The notes under the pieces are model-generated. The model was not told the DNA's origin, searched no databases, and was given only the letters and a program-made list of their open reading frames with translations. Positions 7,568-15,776 of a stretch of 32,000 bases of DNA are shown piece by piece; positions within the stretch are counted from its first letter, which is position 1; every line of letters starts with the position of its first letter. Source of the DNA: Telmatocola sphagniphila (GTDB lineage Bacteria; Planctomycetota; Planctomycetia; Gemmatales; Gemmataceae); contig NZ_CP074694.1 of assembly GCF_018398935.1 (NCBI RefSeq), forward strand, positions 6,330,001 through 6,362,000. The letters run 5' to 3'. The translations under genes and the position numbers were made by a program.

Positions 7568-7672
7568 GTTGGCGTCGACGACCGCCCTTTCATTGAGAAA
7601 TTCCAGGTCGGGATAAGTGTCGCCCGTCTAAAATAAGAGTGCTGATAACTCGCCTTGAAGCTGGAGCCGCAA

Positions 7673-8080
7673 ATGTATCGAGTCGCTCGAGAACTGGAAT
7701 TTTGTTTTGGTCATCGCCTTCCTGAATACGATGGCAAGTGCCGGAATATCCACGGCCATAACGCTAAGGCCGTAATCACCCTGGAAGTCGAAGTGCTCGA
7801 TAAGCTCGGCTTGGGAACCGATTTCGTGCAGATCAAAAGAATTGTCGGTACCTGGCTCGATCAGCATCTGGATCACAAACTGATTCTAAATGAGAGCGAC
7901 CCCTATGTAGCCGAGTTCCAAAAAATGGGCATACCTCTGGTGCTTCTCCCAGTGAACCCAACGACGGAAAACATGGCGAAGTACATCTTCGACTATGCGA
8001 AGTTGCAGGGGCTACCCGTTGCGGAGGTCACGCTTTGGGAAACACCCTACTCCTACGCGACCTACCGACCGGGAAATTGA
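7673..8080 (+). CDS. queD: 6-carboxy-5,6,7,8-tetrahydropterin synthase (6-pyruvoyl-tetrahydropterin synthase family)
   Basis: The track start 7655 is TTG. ATG 7673 is preferred, with GGAG at 7663-7666. The sequence MYRVARELEFCFGHRL…GKCRNIHGHNAKAVITLEV…DHKLILNE… carries the Cys-x3-His-Gly-His motif of QueD/PTPS, and the size is about 135 aa. Confidence 0.85.
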   Translation: MYRVARELEFCFGHRLPEYDGKCRNIHGHNAKAVITLEVEVLDKLGLGTDFVQIKRIVGTWLDQHLDHKLILNESDPYVAEFQKMGIPLVLLPVNPTTENMAKYIFDYAKLQGLPVAEVTLWETPYSYATYRPGN

Positions 8081-8095
8081 TCCTTCACTTACGGC

Positions 8096-8998
8096 TTACT
8101 GTCTCTGCGGTTTGGGATCGAGATTCTTGGTGATATCTTCTTCGAGAACTCGCGAAGCCACTCCTTCAGCCGGCACGTCCAGCTTGCAAATCCACACCAG
8201 GGCATTCAGCACAATCTTACGGAAATCGTCGTTCTGCCAATTCTTGTGCACGTGGCCTCCCGTGAAGCCCACGCCTCGACCGCCGTCAGATCGCTCCACC
8301 GCCCACATCATATGTTCGGCTCGCCCCTTGGCTTCCTGAATGTGCTTATAAGGGCCGCGTGGATAAACGTAGGGACCGTTGCGAACGGCATCGCTCGGTA
8401 CAGCTGTAAGCAGGGGGGTAATCGCCTTCCGATCGGGACGGAAGCGCATGTTGAAGTACCACTCGTCGTACGCCGTGAAGGGCTTCACACCGTTGCAAAC
8501 CGGATGTTTCGGAAATTCCTTGAACTCAGGGGACCACATCGGGTTGCAGGAGTATTCGTGTTCGTAACAACCGCCGATCCATTCCCGCATCTCGTCGGCA
8601 CCCTTGTCCTTGGGGACTTCGACGGCGAAATGGGCACACATCAGTCCGACCCCTTTTTTCGCGAGAGCATCAATGGTTTTGGCATGGTCTTTTTGAATGT
8701 AGGGGTGTCCGGCGCCGCCGTCGGAATATAAGAGGACGCCCGCCGCATCTTCGAAGACTTTTTCGTCCTTCGGATAGCCGTTGAGGCAAATCTCCAGCTT
8801 CAATCCTGGAAAATCCAGCAGACACTTCTTTAGAAGCAGCACCCCGGCGTTGAATTCATGAGCACCAGGTCCATGGCTGACAGTACCAGCAATCATAACG
8901 AGTTTCTTTTTGGTCTCGGTAAAGGAGGCAGCCGTAGCCCAGGGAGCTACGGAAAGTGCCGTGGCAGAGGCTAGAAAATTTCGGCGGGAGAGGTTCAT
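8096..8998 (-). CDS. ThuA-like domain protein with twin-arginine signal
   Basis: 300 aa, ATG 8998 with GGAG 9 nt upstream. MNLSRRNFLASATALSVAPWATAAS is a Tat-type signal. The body (…GPGAHEF…LLYSDGGAGHPY…GFTGGHVHKNW…) matches my recollection of ThuA-like, class I GATase-fold proteins. This is recall, not a search. Confidence 0.8.
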   Translation of the reverse strand: MNLSRRNFLASATALSVAPWATAASFTETKKKLVMIAGTVSHGPGAHEFNAGVLLLKKCLLDFPGLKLEICLNGYPKDEKVFEDAAGVLLYSDGGAGHPYIQKDHAKTIDALAKKGVGLMCAHFAVEVPKDKGADEMREWIGGCYEHEYSCNPMWSPEFKEFPKHPVCNGVKPFTAYDEWYFNMRFRPDRKAITPLLTAVPSDAVRNGPYVYPRGPYKHIQEAKGRAEHMMWAVERSDGGRGVGFTGGHVHKNWQNDDFRKIVLNALVWICKLDVPAEGVASRVLEEDITKNLDPKPQRQ

Positions 8999-9105
8999 AT
9001 TGGAAACTCCAATTCAAAAGGTAAATTTTGGAAATTGTATCAAAGCAGGATTTGAGACCAAACGGCGGTCGAGTCTCGGTTCGGACAAACATTCTTAAAG
9101 CCGAA

Positions 9106-10191
9106 TCAGCTGTCACCCTCCCCATCGGTGTTCTCTTCCGACGTCGCAGTAGATTCGAGCGGGACTTGAGTCTTCATGATCTCGCGCAAAAGCACAGTCG
9201 CGTAGGAGCCGCTGGGTAAGCTGAATTTGAGAACGAGCCCCTCCGAATCGATCGACGATTCCAATTCCTCCATTCCAATCACATTGGCTCGTCGTGTGCC
9301 TTCCAGGAGATTGCCGAATCCTTCAAAGGATTGGATGGTCAACCCCGATTCCATAAGTACTTTTTCTTCTCTCAAGGCGGCTTCCGCTTTTGCAGCGAAG
9401 GTTTTCTTCCCGTAAATCGGGCCGGCGTGCACCGTTTCACGCCGGTCGAATCGCTCCTGTTCCACAGCGACCTCCTCGGCTACAAAAAGACCGCCACTGA
9501 TCTTCTGCATGACATCACCCGGAAGAACTTTGCTAAAGAGTTGATCTCGGATGCGATTTTCCAGAACGGCATTGAAGAGTGCTGATTGTACAGCGGACAA
9601 GCTGAGCTTTCGCAGGAAAGGAGGCAGACGCAACTTTTCTCCCTGCAGTTGCTTCAGGCCCATTTCCAGGGTCTGATTGTCCCGGCCAAAGCGCTGTTCT
9701 CCATAGTAATTTGGAAGGCCCTGCGCTTTAAGTCGGGCCAGGATCGCTTCCAGATGCGGCGCCTGTTCGATGTTGACGCCGCGCACTCGGATTATGAACT
9801 TGTTCCCTCTCTGATGGCCGGTTTTTAATTTGTTGTTGTGACGGGTGGCGTGAAGCACTTGAATGTCTTCCCCGTTTATTTTAGAAACTCGGTCTTCAAA
9901 CTTGGCCGGTATAGAAATGTACTGGCGGGTGATAGCGTGTCGATCCTTCAGGCCGGCGCAGCCAATGTCGCGACGCGGGATATCCAATCGCAGCGCCACC
10001 TGTTTGAGGAGCCAATCCGCACTGACGTTTCTTTTTTCGATCCAGAGAAAGAGATGTTCTCCTTCGCCCGAGGGGAGATAAGAGGGAATTTCTTCCACCT
10101 GGAAGTCGTCGAGTTGTTCGCGAATTCGGCCTCCGACGCCGGGAAGATCGGCGGTCAGCATCAGGGGATCGACGTATTGGCTTATTGTCAT
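9106..10191 (-). CDS. truD: tRNA pseudouridine(13) synthase TruD
   Basis: 361 aa, ATG 10191 preceded by AGGA. It has a TruD-type N-terminus (…GVGGRIREQLDDFQVEEIP…) and the catalytic motif GLKDRHAITRQ. Confidence 0.9.
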   Translation of the reverse strand: MTISQYVDPLMLTADLPGVGGRIREQLDDFQVEEIPSYLPSGEGEHLFLWIEKRNVSADWLLKQVALRLDIPRRDIGCAGLKDRHAITRQYISIPAKFEDRVSKINGEDIQVLHATRHNNKLKTGHQRGNKFIIRVRGVNIEQAPHLEAILARLKAQGLPNYYGEQRFGRDNQTLEMGLKQLQGEKLRLPPFLRKLSLSAVQSALFNAVLENRIRDQLFSKVLPGDVMQKISGGLFVAEEVAVEQERFDRRETVHAGPIYGKKTFAAKAEAALREEKVLMESGLTIQSFEGFGNLLEGTRRANVIGMEELESSIDSEGLVLKFSLPSGSYATVLLREIMKTQVPLESTATSEENTDGEGDS

Positions 10192-10232
10192 GGGGTCCTA
10201 ACGATTACCTGTGGAAGAACTACGATAAAGAT

Positions 10233-11708
10233 ATGAAGTTCCAACCTGTTGCATTTCTGGAAGAGACCCGGCGAGCCCGAGTCGCTCTCTCGGAGTTTTC
10301 CGGGCCGAGTCTACTGCCGATTCGAAAACTCCGCGCTCTGCTCGTCGAGAAGAAAGCGGAGATCTGTGAATCGGTTCGACAGGATATCGGTCGCGCACCT
10401 GCCGAAGTCCTGGCGAGTGATCTACTGCCTTTCGCCGATGCCTGCCGATTTCTGGAACGAAGGGCGCGGGCGATCCTCCGGCCACGAGCGGTTCCAAGCA
10501 GTGAGATGCCCGTCTGGGCGATCGGCGCGCGGGATGTCATTTATCGAAAACCCTGGGGGGTGGTCGGAATTATCGGCACTTGGAATTATCCCATTTTGCT
10601 CAATGGTGTGCAAATACTTCAGGCAATGCGTGCGGGTAATGCCGTGCTTTGGAAGCCATCGGAATTGACTCCTAAGTTTTCCAATGTTCTCAAGGAGCTT
10701 TTTGACGCAGCCGGTTTTCCCAGAGAGCTCTTTCAGATTCTTCCTGCCACGAGAGAGGCCGGGCCGCAGTTGTTGGAGGCCGATATCGATCATCTCGTGT
10801 TCACGGGCTCCGATACCGTTGGCAGAAAAATTGCTTTGAGCTGCGCGGGAAGATTGTTGCCATCGACGCTGGAACTTTCCGGTTGCGATGCCATGATTAT
10901 TCTTCCGGATGCCGACCTGGAAATGGCGGCCCGGGCGGCATGGTATGGCATCACGCTGAATCAGGGGCAAACTTGCGTGGCCCTACGGCGGATATTCCTC
11001 CTTCAAAACCAGCTGTCCGAGTTTAGCGATCTGTTGAAGAAAACCGCTACGGATCGAAAAGTCCGACCTCTGGTAACATCCGGCCAGCTGAAGCAGGCTC
11101 GCGCGATCATGGAAGAGGCCGTGGCTAACGGCGCTAAAGAATTGTTTGCGGATGCACCGGCCAACTCCGAAGACCTACCCGGAATGCCGGCCACGTTTCT
11201 TACCGATGTGCGGCCTTCGATGCGACTCTGTCAGGAAGCGATTTTCGCTCCTCTTGCGGGAATTCTGACCTATACCGACTTGTCCGATTTGCGAAGCCAA
11301 CTGAACAACTGCCCGTTTGCGCTCGGCTCTTCAATTTTCAGTCGCGATGTTACAGCCGCAAATCAACTGGCATTGCAACTGGCCCCCGGATTGGTTGTTA
11401 TAAACGACGCGATTAATCCTACTGCTCATCCGGCGAGTCCCTTCGGCGGCCGGAATTCGAGTGGATGGGGCACCACTCAGGGGGCGGAAGGACTGCTGGC
11501 AATGACCGTGCCTCAAGTCGTCAGTATTCGCAAAGGAAAATTCCGACCGCATTACGACGCGGCGAATGGCGGAGTGAATGCCGGTACAGAACGCATGCTC
11601 CATGGTATCCTGAATTGGAAGCATGCCCCCAGCTTCGGCCTTAGAATCCGTGGAATCTGGAATATGATCCGCGGAATGATGCAATCGACCAAGAAGGATC
11701 ATACATGA
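10233..11708 (+). CDS. Aldehyde dehydrogenase family protein
   Basis: The track start 10185 is TTG and overlaps the truD start, so the first ATG (10233) is preferred. Motifs: FTGSDTVGRKI, ELSGCDAMII (Glu motif) and QGQTCVALRRIF (catalytic Cys). The TGA stop overlaps the next gene's ATG (ATGA at 11705-11708). Confidence 0.85.
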   Translation: MKFQPVAFLEETRRARVALSEFSGPSLLPIRKLRALLVEKKAEICESVRQDIGRAPAEVLASDLLPFADACRFLERRARAILRPRAVPSSEMPVWAIGARDVIYRKPWGVVGIIGTWNYPILLNGVQILQAMRAGNAVLWKPSELTPKFSNVLKELFDAAGFPRELFQILPATREAGPQLLEADIDHLVFTGSDTVGRKIALSCAGRLLPSTLELSGCDAMIILPDADLEMAARAAWYGITLNQGQTCVALRRIFLLQNQLSEFSDLLKKTATDRKVRPLVTSGQLKQARAIMEEAVANGAKELFADAPANSEDLPGMPATFLTDVRPSMRLCQEAIFAPLAGILTYTDLSDLRSQLNNCPFALGSSIFSRDVTAANQLALQLAPGLVVINDAINPTAHPASPFGGRNSSGWGTTQGAEGLLAMTVPQVVSIRKGKFRPHYDAANGGVNAGTERMLHGILNWKHAPSFGLRIRGIWNMIRGMMQSTKKDHT

Positions 11709-12796
11709 TAATATTCGATGCACACCTCGATCTGGCGTGGAACGCGATTGATTGGAATCGCGATCTGCTAAAGCCCGTGGCCGAGATTCGCCAAGCGGAA
11801 TTGGCCGCGGAAAAGATCGATTTTCTGGCACGCGGGGTGAATACGGTCTCTTTTCCGGAACTCCGCCGAGGCAAAGTCGGAATCTTTATTGCAACTCTGC
11901 TGGCCCGACTCTTCCGATCGAATTCTCTCCCTCCCTTGTCGCGCTATTCTTCCATGCAGGCCGCTTATGCCTCGGCACACGGGCAGATGGCTTATTACAA
12001 AGCCCTGGTTGCCGAGGGGGTTCTCGTCTGGATCACCGATGCAGCCGCATTGAAGAAACACGTTCAAAACTGGCTCGAGTTCGATGCGGGTAAGACACAG
12101 AAAGAGCCTCCACTCGGGTTCATACTCAGTATGGAGGGGGCCGATCCCATTCTGCATCCCTATCAGGTCGAAGAATGGTACGGCACCGGCTTGCGGATTG
12201 TGGGACCTGCGCACTATGGAGTGAGCCCCTACGCCCATGGAACGAGCACAATCGGTGGGCTCTTTGATTGGGGTAAGCCGCTACTTCAAGAGATGGATCG
12301 GCTAGGCATGATTCTGGACGTGACCCATCTCTCCGATCAATGCTTCGCAGAAGCCTTGGAAATCTACAAAGGACCGGTGCTGGCCAGCCATCACAACTGC
12401 CGGGCACTCGTCGACGATCAGCGCCAACTGAGCGATGAACAGATCAACCGACTCATCGAGCGTGGGGCGGTGATTGGTGCGGCCTTCGACGCCTGGATGC
12501 TCTCGCCCAAATGGGTGCGCGGGAAAAATACTCCGCAGGAGCGCAATGTGACAATTGCGACAGTGGTCGATCATATCGATCACGTCTGCCAATTGGCCGG
12601 CAATGTGAATCATTCCGCCCTGGGCACCGATCTGGATGGGGGGTTTGGCAAGGAGCAATCGCCCCACGATCTGGATACGATCGTCGATTTGCAGCGAATT
12701 CCCGACCTCCTGAAATCGCGAGGCTACTCCCCGCTGGATATTGAGAAGATCATGTGGAGGAACTGGTTCGATTTCTTTGTCAAGAATCTGAAATAA
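11705..12796 (+). CDS. Membrane (renal-type) dipeptidase, peptidase family M19
   Basis: 363 aa. MIIFDAHLDLAWN carries the N-terminal His-x-Asp metal site. It also has …HLSDQCFAEALEIYKGPVLASHHNCRAL… and …ALGTDLDGGFG…. Confidence 0.85.
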   Translation: MIIFDAHLDLAWNAIDWNRDLLKPVAEIRQAELAAEKIDFLARGVNTVSFPELRRGKVGIFIATLLARLFRSNSLPPLSRYSSMQAAYASAHGQMAYYKALVAEGVLVWITDAAALKKHVQNWLEFDAGKTQKEPPLGFILSMEGADPILHPYQVEEWYGTGLRIVGPAHYGVSPYAHGTSTIGGLFDWGKPLLQEMDRLGMILDVTHLSDQCFAEALEIYKGPVLASHHNCRALVDDQRQLSDEQINRLIERGAVIGAAFDAWMLSPKWVRGKNTPQERNVTIATVVDHIDHVCQLAGNVNHSALGTDLDGGFGKEQSPHDLDTIVDLQRIPDLLKSRGYSPLDIEKIMWRNWFDFFVKNLK

Positions 12797-12821
12797 TGAG
12801 TATGAAATCGAAGAGCGAATT

Positions 12822-13319
12822 ATGAAGCCTTCTGCACAACTATTGGAGAGCGTCTCACTTCGAGCTACATGCGAGGAGGATCTGCCCAAATTATTTGAGC
12901 TTCATCGGGAACCGCAGGGTTGCTGGATGGCGGCTTTCATCAATCGGGACCCGGAAGATCGCAAGGCCTTTCAGGAACACTGGATGAAGGTTCTTGCTGA
13001 TCCGCTGATCTATGCTCGAACGATTCTGGTCGATTCCGAAGTTGCCGGGAATATCGGCAGTTTTCTCTGGGATAACCAACGACAGGTCGGTTACTGGCTC
13101 GGGCAGCGATATTGGGGTCGAGGCATAGCCAGTCGGGCCTTGAAACTCTTCCTGGAGGAATTTTCAATTCGTCCGCTCCATGCCAGTGCGGCTTTCGATA
13201 ACCTCGCTTCTCTGCGGGTTCTTCAGAAAGTGGGCTTTCAAATCACCGGCCAGGAGAAATCGTTTGCCCGGGCTCGTAATCAGGAAATCGATGAAATTAT
13301 GCTTATGTTGAAATCCTGA
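12822..13319 (+). CDS. GNAT family N-acetyltransferase
   Basis: 165 aa. …QVGYWLGQRYWGRGIASRALKLFLEE… is the acetyl-CoA-binding motif A (R/Q-x-x-G-x-G/A). Confidence 0.8.
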   Translation: MKPSAQLLESVSLRATCEEDLPKLFELHREPQGCWMAAFINRDPEDRKAFQEHWMKVLADPLIYARTILVDSEVAGNIGSFLWDNQRQVGYWLGQRYWGRGIASRALKLFLEEFSIRPLHASAAFDNLASLRVLQKVGFQITGQEKSFARARNQEIDEIMLMLKS

Positions 13320-13458
13320 TTTAGAGATTGGCTCGATTTGATTTTGATGCTGGCGAGTACAAGCGTACTTCTCCTATAATTCCTAACAATATCACGCCTC
13401 ATTGAAATCGAATTTTCAGGACACCTCAATTTAGAGCCGCGCTTCAGGAGCTGGATTT

Positions 13459-15705
13459 ATGCTGCGATTGCTACCCGTTATCTTTCTGCTGTTTGTTCCC
13501 CTGGCTCCCATTTACTCCCAGGATGCCTCGCCAGCCCGGCTGACACTCAATCGCATCTATGAATCCAGCGACTTTCGCGGCGAATCGGTGAATTTCAATA
13601 AATGGCTCGAAGGAAGTTCTTATCTGATTTGGGAATCCGCTGTTTCACCCAAGAAAGGAAACAATCTGGTTCGCGTGGATGCGGCCGGGAAAAAAGAGAT
13701 TCTGATTGAGGGGGAATCCCTAATTCCACCCGGATCGAAAGAACCACTCGCGATACACGGCTATGAACTCTCGAAAGATCACGATCTGATGCTGATATTC
13801 ACCAATAGCGCGAAAGTCTGGCGTCAGAATACTCGAGGCGATTACTGGATTTATCGTAAGTCGACGGGAAAACTGACTAAACTTGGCGGAGATGCCAAAC
13901 CTTCAACTCTCATGTTCGCGAAACTTTCGCCAGATGCCACAAAAGTCGCTTACGTGCGCGAGAATAATCTCTATGTAGAACCCACCGCGGGCGGCAGTCC
14001 CTTGCAATTGACCTCAGATGGAACCGACGAAGTCATCAACGGCACCTTTGACTGGGTGTACGAGGAGGAATTCTACTGTCGGGATGGCTTTCGCTGGAAT
14101 CCGGATAGCAAGAGTATCGCATACTGGCAGCTGGATACCCGCGGGGTGAAGAAATTCACCATGATCGACAATACTTCCGAGACCTATCCGAAATTGATCA
14201 CATTCGCATACCCGAAAACGGGCGAACGCAATTCGGCCTGCAAAGTAGGAGTGGTCTCTGCGGAAGGAGGAGCAACCAAATGGATCGACGTTCCCGGCGA
14301 CACTAAAACAGATTACTACATTCCTCGAATGGATTGGGCGTCGAGCGAAAAAGAACTGCTGATACAGCGAATTAATCGTAAACAGAAAGCCATCGATGTC
14401 ATGCTGGCGGATGTGGCCGCTGGTACGATCAAGACCTTGTATACCGACCGCGATGAAGCCTGGGTCGATGTCCACGACGATGCTTCGGAGTGGATCGATG
14501 GCGGCAAGGAGTATACCTGGATCAGTGAACAGGATGGCTGGCGACACCTCTATGCCATTTCGCGGGACGGCAGCTCTTTCCGCAAAATTACCAAGGGAGA
14601 TTTCGACGTCATCAAAGTGTTGAAGGTGGATGAAAAAACTAAATCGGTATACTTCATCGCTTCTCCCGACAATCCCACGCAAAAATATCTTTATCGTTGT
14701 ACTTTGGACGGAACCGGTACGGCGGAACGAGTGACACCGGCCGAGCAACCCGGCACGCACGACTACAATATCTCGCCTGATGCCAAGATTGCTTTTCACA
14801 CCTACTCCACGTTCAGCTCCCCACCCCGAGTGGAAATGGTTTCCCTGCCGGATCATAAGGTGCTTCAAACTCTGGCCAGCAACGACAAACTGCGAGAAGC
14901 CGTGAGTAAGCTGGCTCAATCACCCGTGGAATTCTTTCGGGCGGATGCGGGGAATGGGGTGAAGCTCGATGGCTGGCTGATGAAGCCGCCGGGCTACGAC
15001 CCGACCAAGAAGTACCCGCTGCTATTTCACGTTTACGGCGAGCCGGCCGGTCAACTGGTGAACGATACCTGGGGCGGCAGCGAATATCTCTGGTATCTGA
15101 TGTTGAATCAGCAGGGCTACATGGTCGCCTGCGTCGATAATCGCGGAACGCCATGTCCTCGCGGCCGAGATTGGCGCCGATCAGTCTATCGCAAGATTGG
15201 CGTGGTTGCCTCCGAAGATCAGGCGGCGGCCGCTCGAGAATTGTTAAAACGGCCTTACATCGATCCCGAACGTGTCGGGATTTGGGGTTGGAGCGGCGGC
15301 GGATCCATGACTCTGAATATGATGTTTCGTCATCCCGAGATCTATAAGGTCGGCATGTCAGTAGCTCCGGTGCCCGACATGCGACTTTATGACACGATCT
15401 ACCAGGAACGATATATGGGGCTTCCTCAAGATAATCCGGAAGATTATAAGAAGGGGTCTCCCATCACTCATGCGGCCGGGTTAAAAGGAAAATTGCTGAT
15501 CGTGCACGGCACCGGCGATGACAACGTGCATTATCAGGGGACGGAAAAACTCATCAATGAACTGGTGAGTTTGAAAAAGCCTTTTTCCATGATGGCTTAT
15601 CCGAATCGAACTCACTCGATCAGCGAAGGCAAGGGAACGTCCTATCACCTCCGTCAGATGCTGACCCAGTACCTTTACGACAATCTTCCGGCAGGTCCGA
15701 AATAA
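13459..15705 (+). CDS. Dipeptidyl-peptidase IV family serine peptidase (S9B)
   Basis: 748 aa, AGGAG 8 nt upstream, with a signal peptide. It has the propeller hallmark FDWVYEEEF, the nucleophile elbow GIWGWSGGG, and VHGTGDDNVH and NRTHSI supplying Asp and His. Confidence 0.9.
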   Translation: MLRLLPVIFLLFVPLAPIYSQDASPARLTLNRIYESSDFRGESVNFNKWLEGSSYLIWESAVSPKKGNNLVRVDAAGKKEILIEGESLIPPGSKEPLAIHGYELSKDHDLMLIFTNSAKVWRQNTRGDYWIYRKSTGKLTKLGGDAKPSTLMFAKLSPDATKVAYVRENNLYVEPTAGGSPLQLTSDGTDEVINGTFDWVYEEEFYCRDGFRWNPDSKSIAYWQLDTRGVKKFTMIDNTSETYPKLITFAYPKTGERNSACKVGVVSAEGGATKWIDVPGDTKTDYYIPRMDWASSEKELLIQRINRKQKAIDVMLADVAAGTIKTLYTDRDEAWVDVHDDASEWIDGGKEYTWISEQDGWRHLYAISRDGSSFRKITKGDFDVIKVLKVDEKTKSVYFIASPDNPTQKYLYRCTLDGTGTAERVTPAEQPGTHDYNISPDAKIAFHTYSTFSSPPRVEMVSLPDHKVLQTLASNDKLREAVSKLAQSPVEFFRADAGNGVKLDGWLMKPPGYDPTKKYPLLFHVYGEPAGQLVNDTWGGSEYLWYLMLNQQGYMVACVDNRGTPCPRGRDWRRSVYRKIGVVASEDQAAAARELLKRPYIDPERVGIWGWSGGGSMTLNMMFRHPEIYKVGMSVAPVPDMRLYDTIYQERYMGLPQDNPEDYKKGSPITHAAGLKGKLLIVHGTGDDNVHYQGTEKLINELVSLKKPFSMMAYPNRTHSISEGKGTSYHLRQMLTQYLYDNLPAGPK

Positions 15706-15716
15706 ATTTCTTTCGC

Positions 15717-15765
15717 AGAAAAAGCTCCGTGGAGATCGACTGCTGATTTCCACGGAGCTTTTTTA
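15717..15765. terminator. Bidirectional intrinsic terminator between convergent genes
   Basis: GAAAAA-AGCTCCGTGGA (15723-15733), 15-nt loop, TCCACGGAGCT (15749-15759)-TTTTTT. The 11-bp stem is flanked by an A-run and a T-run, so it can serve both strands. Confidence 0.8.
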
Positions 15766-15776
15766 TCGATGCTCAT

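Noticed and set aside
7609-7640. A possible preQ1-type riboswitch upstream of queD: the small hairpin CGGG…CCCG followed by the A-rich tail TCTAAAATAAGAG.
   Set aside because: The stem is only 4 bp. The conserved preQ1-I loop and tail nucleotides, as I remember them, are not matched. The SD (7663-7666) is not sequestered by the tail. A covariance-model scan (Rfam preQ1-I/II/III) would be needed to revive this.
10185-10232. An alternative TTG start for the ALDH gene that would overlap the divergent truD start codon.
   Set aside because: The first ATG (10233) gives a normal ALDH N-terminus. The 16 extra residues (SWGPNDYLWKNYDKD) look non-native. The start is kept as uncertain rather than resolved.
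13375-13380. A perfect TATAAT hexamer 79 nt upstream of the DPP-IV start.
   Set aside because: There is no acceptable -35 element at 16-19 nt spacing (GGCGAG/TGGCGA), and planctomycete promoter consensus is not well enough known to me to call a promoter from one hexamer.
14014-14919. A 301-aa antisense ORF inside the DPP-IV gene. Comparable antisense or off-frame ORFs lie in pnp (891-1526, 1881-2447), the enolase-superfamily gene (18126-18791) and the sulfatases (21819-22427).
   Set aside because: All lie within confidently identified genes on the other strand or frame and show no motifs of their own.
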